This document shows, one piece after another, positions 40,005 through 51,653 of a stretch of DNA of 64,000 nt. The position numbers were made by a program, and so were the translations under genes. The number at the start of each line of letters is the position of its first letter. Positions within the stretch are counted from its first letter, which is position 1. The stretch lies in assembly GCF_018977255.1 (NCBI RefSeq), contig NW_024704742.1, forward strand, positions 42,534,001 through 42,598,000, in the 5' to 3' direction. Under the pieces are notes generated by a model. It did no database searches and was not told where the DNA came from. It was given only the letters and a program-made list of their open reading frames with translations. The DNA is from Callorhinchus milii (lineage: Eukaryota).

Positions 40005-40972
40005 AGCGAGAGAGACACACACACTCGTAGACACAAAGAGAGACACCCACTCAGAGACACATACACAGAGTGACACACACATTCACAGAGACACACACAC
40101 ACACACTCACAGACATAGAAAGACACTCATTGACACAGAGACACACACTCACAGACACAGAGAGACTCACACACTCACAGACACAGAGAGAGACACACAC
40201 TCAGAGAGACGCACACACTCACAGAACACAGAGAAGTGCACATTCACAGACACAGAGAGACACACACTCAGACACAGAGAGATACACACTCACAGAACAC
40301 AAAGAGAGACACACACTCACAGACACAGAGAGACACACACTCACAGACACAGAGAGACACACAATCACAGTCACAGAGAGATACACACACTCACAAACAT
40401 AGAGAGGCACACACGCTCAGACACAGAGATACACACACTCACAGTCACAGAGAGACACATACACTCAGACACAGAGAGACACACACTCACAGAGAGACAC
40501 TCACAGACACAGAGAGACACACATATTTACAGACAGAGAGAGACGCACACTCACAGACACAGAGAGACACACACTCACAGAGAGACACTCACAGACACAC
40601 AGAGAGACATACTCACAGACACAGACACACACACATTTACAGAGAGAGACACACTCACAGAGAGAGAAACTCACTCACAGATACAGAGAGCCATACACAC
40701 TCACAGACACAGAGAAAGACACAGACACAGAGAGACCCACACTCACAGACACGGGGAGAAACACACACAGAGACACAGAGAGAGACACATTCTCAGAGAG
40801 AGATGCACACTCACATATAGACACTCACAAACATATAGAGAGACATACACACAGACAATCATACACACGCACACTGACAAACACACAGAGGGACATACAC
40901 ACAGACAATCATACACATTCACACACTCAAACACACACAGAGACATACACACAATCATACACACTCACACAA
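40005..40972. repeat. Degenerate CA/GA minisatellite (unit about 24 bp, CACAGACACAGAGAGACACACACT)
   Basis: About 1 kb composed almost only of CA/GA dinucleotides with a recurring unit. Confidence 0.95.
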
Positions 40973-41259
40973 AGAATCACAACAATGAAGCCCATTTGCC
41001 GCTTGTTCCGCACCGCGTTTCAGTGTTTGGAGCCGCCCCGCCCACAGTGATGTGAGATAAAGAGCCGGGTGGCCCACGGGCCATAAAATACATTGATAGT
41101 GGGTTTGTAGCAGAGGAGGGTGTTTGTAGGGGTTTCTATTGGCCCATTTTTTTTGTTGCTTCTTTGGGATTTAATCCCTGCTGAACTCAGATCTCCAGGT
41201 CAGTCATCTTCCTCTTGTTCATTTCCCTCCATCTCCTGGATCTGAGATTGTCATTGTCG

Positions 41260-42320
41260 GAGCCACCCGTGCATCACATAAGACATTAAACCAAGCTTCT
41301 ATACCCTCTTCATGTGGCCGTTAAAAATCCCACAGCGTTATTCGGAAAGAGAAGGGAGTTTATCTTTCCTGTCATCCTGGCCAACAATCCCCCTGATAAA
41401 ATTGATTACCCACTTCATGGCTGTTTGTGGGTTGCTGCTGTGTGCAAATTGGGTTGTGGGATTTGCCCACAAAATACAGTCACTGCACTTTACAGTATTT
41501 CTTGTGAGGCACTTTGAGAGGTTCTCAAGACATGATAAGGCACTGTATCAAATGCAAGGATTGGAGTTCTGTGACTCAGTGGTTAAAGCACGCGCCTTGC
41601 AAGTGAGAAACCTGGGTTCAATTCCCAGCAGGGCAAAACGTTGGGCAAGTTTCCTTACTCCACACACCTCTGTTTACCAAGCAGTAAGTAGAAACCCGTT
41701 TGTTAGTCAATTGGTGGATAGTTTTTCCGGGGGTAATAATTCCTTCAAAACAAATTGATAATACATTGGTCACTCAATCCACTCTTTGTGGGACACTGTT
41801 GTACGCAACTGGCTGCCGTGTTTCGCCAACAAAATATAGTCAATTCACTTTGCATTATCTTCTGTGAAGCGCTTTGAGAGATCTCGAAGACATGATAAGG
41901 CACTTTATCAAATGCAAGGATTATTATTATCATCAAATAGCATTGCAGATTATCTGCTCAGGCCTCCAGTGGGTCAGCCTGGCTCAGCACGTTTGCCTCT
42001 GAGTCAGAAAGTTGTGGGTTCAAACCCTTCGGATGATATGTCTGCCTGATCAGGTGGATGTTAATGATCCCGTGACACTATTCAAAAAGAGAAGGGAGTT
42101 TCTCTTGGTGTCGTGGCCAACAATCTCCCAAATAAAATTGGTCACTCACTCAACTGCTGTTTATGGGGCGTTGTTTTGGGAAAAATTGACTGCCGAGTTC
42201 TCCCACAGAACACACAGTCACACCACTTTACAGTAAATCGTGTGAAGCCCTTTGGTACATCCTGCCAACATGAAAGGCATTATACCAAATGTAAGGATTA
42301 TTGTTACAGTATTATTGTTA
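41260..42320 (+). mobile_element. Three head-to-tail SINEs: Deu-SINE body (about 41260-41561), long-subfamily tRNA SINE (41562-41930), older SacSINE1-like SINE (about 41965-42320)
   Basis: Three successive AAATG(C/T)AAGGATT tails; tRNA heads at 41562 and about 41975. Confidence 0.82.
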
Positions 42321-43051
42321 TTATTAGGTCAACTATCTCCCTCTCAGTCCTTCCCCTTTGTCTCCACATTATGGTCACATTTCCAGATCAGCGTTGCCTC
42401 TACTTATTTGCTTTCTACCTCTTTGATCTACTCACATTTCCAGGTCAGTAATTTCCCTCCCATCTGCTTGAATTTAGGAAGGCAAAACAATTTTCTAACC
42501 TGATCTGGAGATTTGAGCAGATGCTGGAATGCAGAATATATTGAGTGACATGGCTGGTCTGCTATGGTAAACTGTTGACCACCAAATAAATCCTGAAGAA
42601 GCAAACACTAAACTGTTGTAATACCAGACATTGTTCAGACACAAAATACATAACAAAATGTCAGAATGCCTTTCACAGCACCAACAGGGCCTTTGAGAAT
42701 GAATGTTTGTAATGTGTTTTCTTAGTAATGTTCCCAACGGAGATTGCTGACATTATTGCTTTCAGTCTCTGCAGCTCAAAGAGAATGTACAGAACATTCA
42801 GCAGGTGTTTAATTGACTTGATGCTTTGGGGTCAACACAATGAACAGTAAGTTTTAAAATCCTTTTCAGCAGTGACTCAATGGTTCTGCTAATTAAATCG
42901 TTATTAGTCTAGAGCATGTCCTCTATATATGAGTCATATGAAACATAAATATCACATGGAAATTAAATCCTGCCCACAAAGAGCCTATTATCACTGTCCC
43001 ATTATTACAGAAATAATGCTGATATGGTTTTGCAACATACAGTACATATAG

Positions 43052-43354
43052 TCCTTGCATTTGATATAGCGCTTTTCACGTCTTCTCGACGTCTCAAATT
43101 GCTTCACAGAATATGCTGTAAAGTGAATTGACCGTATATTTTTGCGCGAAACGCGGCAGCCAATTGCGCACAGCAGTGTCCCACAAATAGTCGTGGATTT
43201 AAAATGACCAATTTATTATTGTTTTGTTTTGGAGAGATTATTATTAGATGTATGGAGTAAGGAAACTTGCCCAAGGTTTCGCCCTGCCTGTAATTGAACC
43301 CAGGTGTCGCACTTGCAAGGCGAGTGCTCTAACCACTTAGTTACAGGACTCCAC
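43052..43354 (-). mobile_element. tRNA-derived SINE, full length
   Basis: Family match, ends ...TACAGGACTCCAC. Confidence 0.9.
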
Positions 43355-43699
43355 AGATGGAGAGAGACTTGGTGCGGGGGTCAGGGGATGGAGTGAATGT
43401 GAGAGAGAGATGGAGAGAGACTTAGGGAAGTGGAGAGAGACTTGGGACTTGAGAGAGAGTATATGTAGTATATTTACACCTACCATGTAGGTTAACATGT
43501 TGAAACACTTTGTAAAGACTGTATAGAAGCCCAAGCAAGTTAGGAAGTAGGGAAGGTAGGAGGGGACAAACACAATTCTGGTCCAAGATGTAAGTTTTCA
43601 AAAGGATTTTGAAGATCAGAAAGGAGAGCGAGCCAGAGTTACATTGGAGTGAGTAGAAGTACATCAAAGCAATTCTGTAGGGAAGTGGATGCTACAGCT

Positions 43700-44370
43700 G
43701 TAACAAAGATAGACTTCTCACAGTTCTCACCAGATAGAGTGGTAGTGAAGCCTCAGGCTGTAACCTTGGCCAACAGGTACAAGATCCATGTAACCTGTGT
43801 ATACAAGGAAGCCTGTGTGGAGGAAGAAAATGTGATTCCAATATTAGGGGAAACAAACAGAAGGTTGTAGTAATTGGGGACGAGACTATCAGGCGAATAG
43901 ATACACTTATCTGCAGCCGCAACCAGGAAACCCGAAGGCTCTGTTGCCTTCCTGGGACCGGGGAGAAGGACGTCTCGACGGGGCTGGAGGAAAATCTAAA
44001 ACATGAGGGCGAAGATCCATTGGTGTAACTTCACATAGGTACCAATGACATAGGTAGGGTTAGTTGTGATGATTTGAGGAGGGAGTTCAAGGAGCTGGGA
44101 ACTAAATTAAAACAAAGAACATCAAAGGTAGCGATATCAGGATTGCTGCCTTTGACATGTGCAAATTGGTACAGGAATAATCAAATTAGAGAGTTAAATA
44201 CATGGCTGAGGGAGTGGTGTGGAACGCAGGGGTTTCATTTTATGGGCCACTGGCACCAGTATTGGAGGAAAAGGGGTCTATTTCAAAAAGATGGGCTCCA
44301 CTTAAATCGGGCTGGGACAAATGTCCTAGCAAACCGAATACATAGGGAGGTAAACAAAGATTTAAACTAG
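43700..44370 (+). pseudogene. CR1 ORF1 remnant, SGNH/GDSL esterase domain
   Basis: Translation gives VVVIGDE(T)IRRID...CCLPG...HIGTNDIG...ISGLLP...LNTWLREWC...GFHF...DGLHLNRAG, with an in-frame stop near 44026. Confidence 0.88.
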
Positions 44371-45648
44371 TAAAGGGGAAGGAATACGATTAGAAATAAT
44401 TGCAAGCCAGCAATATTAAGAAAACCAAAGGTGGCAGTACAGAATAGCGAGAGAGATAAACAGAATAGGTCAAAGAGGGGTAAGAAGCTCAGTGAAGAAG
44501 ATAGGGCATCAGAGAGTAGGGGAAATGGTAAAAAATTAAAATCGCTATATCTGAATGCACAAAGCATTCGGACTAAGATAGATGAATTAAAGGCACAGAG
44601 AGATACAAATAGATATGATCTAGTAGCCATTACTGAGACATGGTTACAAGGAGATCTAAGGTGGGAGTTAAATATTTCTGGGTTTTCAGCTTATAGGAAG
44701 GATAGACAATGTGGAAAACAAGATGGGGGGGTGTAGTCTTGTTAATAAAGGATGGAATAAAAGCAGTAGAGAGGAGGGATTTCAAATCAGATAACCAGGA
44801 TGCAGAGACAGTATGGGTAGAATTACGAAATAATAAGGGGCAGAAAACATTAGTGGGTGTGGTATATAGACACCCAAACAGTGAAGACAGCATAGCGCAG
44901 GGTATTAATCAGGAAACTAGAGGAGCATGTAGCAAAGGTAATACAATAATAGTGGGTGATTTCGATCTTCACATAGATTTGGAAAACTAAATCGTCAAAA
45001 GTAGGGTAGAGGAAGAGCTTATAGAATGTATGAGAGATAGCTTTCTGGCGCAGTATGCTGAGGAACCAAGTAAGGGACAGGCCATCCTAGACCTTGTTTT
45101 GTGTAACGAAACAGGGCTAGTCGGTAATATAGATATTAAGGCTCCTCTAGGGCAGAGTGATAATAACATGATAGAATTTAGTATTAACTTAGAGAGCGAT
45201 GTAGTCAAATCCATAGCAAGAGTCTTAAATTTAAGTAAAGCTAACTTTGCAGGTATGAGGAAAGCATTTGCTAAAATAGACTGGGGAATTAGATTAATGG
45301 ATATGATAATAGACCAACAATGGTAAACGTTCAAAGATGTAGTGATAATTCTCAGCGGTCACATATTCCCTTGAGGAATAAGGATACCACAGGGAAAGCA
45401 GTTCATCCGTGACTAACTAAAGCAGTTAGTGAAAGTATAAAACTAAAAGAAAAGGCCTGTACAACTGCCAAAAAAGTAGCAAATCTGAGGAATGGGAGTG
45501 TTTTAGGGACCAACAAAGGAAAACCATAAAGCTGATTAAGAATGAGAAAATGGATTATGAGGGCAAGGAACATTAAGACAGATTGTAAGAGTTTTTATAA
45601 ATATATTAAGAGGAATAGGCTAGCAAAAGTAAATGTGGGTCCATTACA
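44371..45648 (+). pseudogene. CR1 ORF2 5' part, apurinic-type endonuclease and linker
   Basis: YLNAQSI, AITETWL, YRKDR, GGGV, GVVYRHP, VGDFD, ILDLVL, SDNNMIEF motifs spread over frameshifted ORFs 44431-45326; ends at NVGPL (45648). Confidence 0.9.
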
Positions 45649-45940
45649 GGACCGGCAGTTTACCTAGTAAAGGATTTGAACAAAGAGACAGCACCCAGGT
45701 GGTACCATATAAACCAGTTGAAATTGATATCAGACGAATAAACTGCTGAGAAACACATACTATGCTTTATCCACAAGGGCTGACCAAGGAGTAATGGCGG
45801 TGTGGATCGGGGATTATATTCGGCTTCAGGAGATAGTTAGATTAGTGAGTAAAGATCACTAGGTGATACCTCATATTATTCGGTATCAAGGTGGGGAAAG
45901 TTAGCATAAGGGTGCAGAATTAACATACTAACAATGGGTC
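45649..45940 (+). repeat. 292-bp direct repeat of 49581-49872 (integrase C-terminus, 3' spacer, PPT, first 42 bp of LTR)
   Basis: Base-by-base comparison: identical except 45735 C vs 49667 T and 45899 A vs 49831 T; offset 3932 bp. Confidence 0.97.
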
Positions 45941-48900
45941 TGCAGTCATGGGTCAATAGAGGATAGTATTCCGTTTAACAAACCCCTAAGCTCCCGCCCC
46001 TTTATTGCCATCACTACACATACGAATAAGAAACAGCTTATGCTGGTTGATTCGGGAGCTACCCATACAATTATCCACTCCCCCGACCCTGATTCTGACT
46101 CCTGGAATTCGGGAAACCAGGTATCCATTGCTGGATATGATGGCAAGCCAAGTTGGATTAATTGCTCAGAGCCATCCATTTTAACCACCCCGGGGGGGAT
46201 TGATTTACATATTCCGCGCCCTTTATTGATGAACATGCTGAATAAAATTGGGATACTAGGCAGCTGTGATATGCAGAATCACGGCGCGATAATAGATTAC
46301 TCTAACCACTGTCTGTGGATAGGGCCCTTTGACCCCCCCCCTCCGCAAGACAAAGTCGAAGCATACGTATATGTGATTGATGACAAACCCAGTACTCAGT
46401 GTGTTAAAAAGCCAGAAGTGTATGCCCCTATCAGCAGCACCCTTAAATGGGTCCAGAGTTTGATTACGCAATATGCCGAATTGTTTGCCAAACATAAACA
46501 TGACTGTGGCCAGTTAACTGACAAAGAAACGATTAACGGACCAACGCACCCACCTTGTAAACAATACCCCATCCCTCATGAGAGCCAGCCTTACATCGCC
46601 ACCACCCTACAATCACTAGAACAACAGGGGATTGTCCGGAGAGGCACCTTCACTACCAATTCTCCTATATGGCCGGTTAAGAAACCGGACGGATCCTGGC
46701 GGTTGACCATTGACTACCGAAAGTTGAACCAAGTCACCCCTGCATGCTCCCCCGTTGTCAGTGAGACTCAGAATTCCTGGCTGAAGTTCCGGCCAACGCA
46801 ACGATTTTCTCCACATTGGATATATCCAATGGATTTTGGAGTATACCCTTGGACCCATGCGATCAGCATAAATTCGCGTTTACCTACCAAAATCAGCAAT
46901 ACACATGGACATGCTTGCCTCAAGGGTTTCATAATTCCCCCACCATATTTTGTCGGTTTTCCAACAGTGCCCCCAAACACCCACGGGACGTATTATTCAA
47001 TACGTCGATGACATCTTGATTGCGTCAACCACTGAGAGTGAACACCAAGTTCTTCTGGCCTCCGTATTCCGAACTTTACAGTGTGCAGGGTTGAAAATTA
47101 ACCCAAAAAAGGCTCAATTAGCGCAGCCCTCTGTGAACTTTCTTGGGCTTACGTTAACCCCTGAGGGCCGAACACCTGATCAGCACAAGATTCAGATTAT
47201 CCAACGGTTGCTTCTGCCTCAGACTCAAATGGCCCTTCGTTCATTCCTTGGTCTGGTTGTATACCAGCGGGTGTTTATTCCTCAATTTGCCGAGCTGGCC
47301 AAACCTTTATACGCTCTGGTGCACCGTCCTGGCGAGGAGTCGATCAGCTCTATGTGGAGGGACGTCCATACTCAGGCTTTCACCAGGCTCAAGTAGGCCG
47401 TCATCCAGGTGTCTTTTTTGATCAACCCTGACCCAGCACAACCCTTTCATCTCGAGGTAGCTGCCACGCAGCACAGCATTGCCGCGGTTTTGATGTAGAT
47501 GGTACAGCAAAAGCTCCAGCCTATTGTGCATTTTTCTCGTATTTTGACTGGGGTCGAGCAGCGGTTTACCCCCTGCGAGCGACACATCTTGGCCGTCGTG
47601 ACGGCTATTCAGAATTTCACATATATCATTGGGTTTCAGAAGATTGTACTACACATGCTGCACACTCCCTTGCAGCTTTTACTCAAGCCCGGGGACACTT
47701 TGATTTCCTCGCAACGATTAAGTCGCTGGACATTGATGCTCTCCGGTAAGACGATTTCTACTATGGCGAAAACCACCATGTTGTTACCGCAGATGTTGCT
47801 GATGCCTGGAGAACCGCATGAGTGTCCACTCCCCCTGCTATCCTTCCTCTCCTCGCATGTCAGTCAAACACCGATCTCCGATCCCTCCACATAGAGCTGA
47901 TGGGCAAGATGTTTATATTGACGGCTCATCTTTCCATGTCAATGGTAAGGATCACACTGGTTTTACGGTATGCCTCCCCAACCATGTTTTACAACACTCC
48001 CTAACAGTCCATTCATCACAGTATGCTGAGCTCGCTGCCTTAGCTGTAGTCTTACGGGCAACAGCGGAAACTCCTTCCAACGTTTGGTCTGACAGTGCAT
48101 ACGTCGTTAATACGGTGCTTTTGCTTCCCTTGTATGTATCCCGGAATTTCTGCACTTCAGAGGGAAAACCCTTATGCCACTCTCAATTGCTCCAAGTAAT
48201 TTGGCATTGTCTCCAGCAGCGACCGATGCCCCTCCATATTGGAAAGGTGAAGGGACATTCCCGTGATTCTCCTCATGCCGAGGGCAACAGTCAAGCTGAT
48301 AGCTGCGCTAAGGAGACTGCCATGATGGCACCGGTGTGGACGATGACTCAGGGGACTGTCAGCGCAATCATGCTTACCCCAGATTTGTCCCTGGACCAAC
48401 TACAGAAGACATTTACGCCGTACACCGAAACCATTCAGTGGCTCCTGCAAGATGACCCCAGACCTCCGGCACCAGCCTACTCCTGGGTTTCCCAAGTGTC
48501 CCTCGCACTAGCCTCTCATTTGGTTAGCGAGCCACTCCTCGTCCACACGGACACACATGGACACATTTCTGTTTGCGTGCCACCCTCATCAGCCGAGTCC
48601 CTTTTTCAGTTATATCACTCAGATCCGGCTGGGGGACATTTCTCCAGTACCACCACATATCACAAAATCTCCTCCGCGGCATGGTGGCCAGATATGAAAC
48701 AGGATATACATTGGCTCACCAGTCGCTCTTTGGTGTGCTTGCAACACAATCCTACCCCCTCCTCTCGCAAAGCCTGCCTCACCCCAGCGCCACCACCGGA
48801 GGGTCCCTGGATGCACGTCCAGATTGATTATACAGGTCCCCTCCCCACTACATCTGGGGGCTATATGCCCTGGTAATAATAGATAAATTCACAAAGTGGG

Positions 48901-49673
48901 TGGAAGCTTTCCCCACAAAAAATTGCACCGCGCTCACCATGGCAAAGATTTTATTGAGTGAGGTGATCACCAGGTGGGGATTACCAATAGTGGTGGACAG
49001 TGATCAGGGAACCCATTTTACAGGGGCAGTGACACAAAAATGAATGCTGATTATGGGGATAGATCAAAAATTTCACATTCCCTTTCACCCCCAGTCATCA
49101 GGGAATGTGGAAAGGAGCAACCACACCGTTAAAACCATGTTAAAAAAATATTGTGGCGATCACCCCATTCAATGGAACAAGGCCTTGCCCCTATGTTTAA
49201 GGGCGATACGCGCCACCAGACATTGCTCCACAAATATTAGTCCACACCAGGCAATGACTGGAAGGCTGATGAGAACCCCAGGGGATTTAATTTACAAGGT
49301 GGGTTCGTTCCTCTCATGTTCTAACCCCAAGGGGGCAATTAGCCTCCAAGGTGGGGTGAATGAGGATTGGATGAGGAAAACTGTTGAGTGCATCAATCAC
49401 ACAAACCAGTATGTAGCACAACAGCTGGGAAAAACCAGGCAACAAATGCAGAGGTACTATGACTCTAAGGTAAATCCACAGGTATACGAAATTGGCAAGG
49501 AAGTCATGGTAAGGAAATTGGGCAAACGGGATCCATTTGACCCCATATTTAAAGGTCCATTTGAGATCAGAGAAAAAATGGGACCGGCAGTTTACCTAGT
49601 AAAGGATTTGAACAAAGAGACAGCACCCAGGTGGTACCATATAAACCAGTTGAAATTGATATCAGATGAATAA
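45941..49673 (+). pseudogene. pol: pol polyprotein pseudogene: protease - RT - degenerate RNase H (tether) - RNase H - integrase
   Basis: PR LVDSGAT (46043). RT NSPIWPVKKPDGSWRLTIDYRKLN, LDISNGFWSIPL, WTCLPQGFHNSP, YVDD (47001-47012). Tether FHLEVAAT...CERHILAV...HTPL. RNase H YIDGSS, AELAAL, WSDSAYV, KVKGH, GNSQAD. IN H..GGH, QIDYTGP, DSDQG, VERSN, KGPF. Several frameshifts and stops (about 46790, 46955, 47394, 47496, 47880, 48865, 49042). Confidence 0.93.
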
Positions 49674-49819
49674 ACTGCTGAGAAACACATACTATGCTTT
49701 ATCCACAAGGGCTGACCAAGGAGTAATGGCGGTGTGGATCGGGGATTATATTCGGCTTCAGGAGATAGTTAGATTAGTGAGTAAAGATCACTAGGTGATA
49801 CCTCATATTATTCGGTATC

Positions 49820-49830
49820 AAGGTGGGGAA
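49820..49830 (+). other. Polypurine tract (plus-strand primer site)
   Basis: AAGGTGGGGAA directly abutting the TG that begins the LTR. Confidence 0.75.
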
Positions 49831-50270
49831 TGTTAGCATAAGGGTGCAGAATTAACATACTAACAATGGGTCAAAAGGGGTGAGAGATCATGGAATATAT
49901 GGAGTCAGTACAAAGAAAGAGGGTTGAAGGAAACATGATTTGATATGTTAATAACGGGTTGTAAATGACTGACAAGAGATTGGAGGAAGGTATAGAGGGA
50001 GTGGGATGAGAGTATAAAGACAGGGAGAACAAAGAAGGAAAAACAGAAGGAAAAGATCGGAGGAGCACGAGGGAAGACTTGATAGAAGATCAAAAAGTTT
50101 GAATACCCAGACAAGACAGATTGGAACCTCGGCTGCTGAAAGTCTCGACCCGCGGTAGTATTGCTTTGCTGTAATCCCTCCATGGTGTAACTTTATGGAA
50201 CTTATGGAAAGTTTGGCTTAATAGATTTTGCCTAAACGGAATGCTGGGTGACCTTTCTTGATATCCAACA
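49831..50270 (+). repeat. 3' long terminal repeat (440 bp)
   Basis: Starts TGTTAG after the PPT and ends CCAACA (5/6 inverted match). TATAAA at 50013-50018, AATAGA (possible decayed polyA signal) at 50220-50225. CR1 RT sequence resumes immediately after the terminal CA. Confidence 0.78.
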
Positions 50271-51653
50271 GCATTAAAAAGTGACAAGTCCCTTGGACCT
50301 GATGGTTTGCATCCTAGGGTTTTAAAAGAGGTAGCTCATGAGATAGTGGAGGCCTTGTGTCTGATCTTCCAAAATTCTTTGGATTCTGGAACAGTTCCCA
50401 TTAATTGGAAGATCACAAACGTCACACAACTAGTTAAGAAGGATGGGAGAGAAAAGATGGGGAACTATAGACCAGTTAGTCTGACATCGGTGGTAGGAAA
50501 AATTCTAGAATCCTTAATTAAGGACGTCATAGTGGGATACTTAGAGGATCACAATATGATTGGACAGAGTCAACATGGCTTTACAAAAGGGAAGTCATGC
50601 TTAACAAATCTTTTAGATTTTTTTGAGGACATATCAAATAGATTAGATAGGTGGGAATCAGTGAATGCAGTGTATTTAGCTTTCCAAAAGGCATTCAATA
50701 AGGTGCCACATAAAAGGTTGTTCCACAAGATTAGGGCCCATGGAATTAAGGGGAATATATTAGCATGGATTGAAGAATGGCTAATGGGAAGAAAACAAAG
50801 AGTAGGGATAAACGGGTCCTTCTCAGATTGTCGGGATGTGACTAGTGGAGTGCCACAAGGATCAGTGCTTGGGCCTCAACTATTTACAATCTACATCAAT
50901 GATCTAAATGAGGACATCAAACTTAATATATCCAAATTCGCAGATGACACTAAAGTAGGAGGGAGAGTAAACACCGAGGATGACATTAAAAAAACGCAAC
51001 GAGCTAGGTGAGTGGGCAAATAGGTGGCAGATGAAGTATAATGTAGGGAAGTGTGAAGTCATCCACCTTGGTGGCAAAAGCAGTAGAGATTATTTTTTAG
51101 AAGGGGAGAAACTAGATAGTGTTAGCGTTCAGAGGGACTTTGGTGTCCTTGTACACCAGTCACAAAAAGTTAGTTTGCAGGTACAGCAAGCAATTAGGAA
51201 GGCTAACGTTATGTTGGCATTTGTTACAAAAGGGTTGGACTATAAGATTATGGAAGTCTTGCTGCAACTGTATAGGACCCTGGTGAGACCGCACCTTGAG
51301 TATTGTGTGCAGTTTTGGTCTCCTTATTTAAGAAAGGATGTACTCGCCTATAACCAGGGATCACAGTCGTAAAATTAGGCGTAAGCCCTTTCGCACTGAG
51401 TTGAGGAAAAACTTCTTCACTCAGTGGGTAGTGAATTTATGGAATTCTGTACCCCAAAGGCCTGTAGATGCTCAGTCCTTGAACATATTCAAGACTGAGA
51501 TTGATAGATTTCTTGTGAATAAAGGGATTAAGGGATATGGGGATAAGGCGGGTAGGTGGAGTTAGAATAAATCAGCCATGATCTTATTGAATGGCGGGGA
51601 AGGCTCGAGGGGCCGGATGGCCTGCTCCTGCTCCTAATTCTTATGTTCTTATG
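50271..51653 (+). pseudogene. CR1 ORF2 3' part (reverse transcriptase) and 3' UTR
   Basis: [65 protein letters not shown]. Frameshift near 51000 and an internal deletion near 51350. Confidence 0.93.

Larger units (their letters stand above)
45649..50270 (+). mobile_element. Decayed LTR retroelement / endogenous retrovirus-like element without env; 5' LTR and gag absent
   Basis: pol 45941-49673, PPT 49820-49830, LTR 49831-50270, and duplicated 3' segment 45649-45940. Confidence 0.9.
43681..51653 (+). mobile_element. CR1-clade LINE, 5'-truncated inside ORF1, decayed, interrupted by an LTR element at 45649-50270
   Basis: SGNH-esterase ORF1, APE endonuclease and RT ORF2 ([29 protein letters not shown]). 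CR1-type 3' end ...CCTGCTCCTAATTCTTATGTTCTTATG. Candidate 7-bp TSD TCTGTAG at 43674-43680 and 51654-51660. Confidence 0.93.

Noticed and set aside
39943..41055. 370-aa His/Thr/Arg-rich ORF and overlapping ORFs
   Set aside because: Translation of the CA/GA minisatellite, which lacks stops by composition.
45649..45940. 5' LTR of the retroelement
   Set aside because: The repeat contains integrase codons and the PPT and lacks TG...CA ends; the real LTR is 49831-50270.
45649..49872. Reverse-transcribed back-spliced circular pol RNA
   Set aside because: No consensus splice donor at the repeat end (ATGG GTCAAA), and the downstream copy continues into a full LTR.
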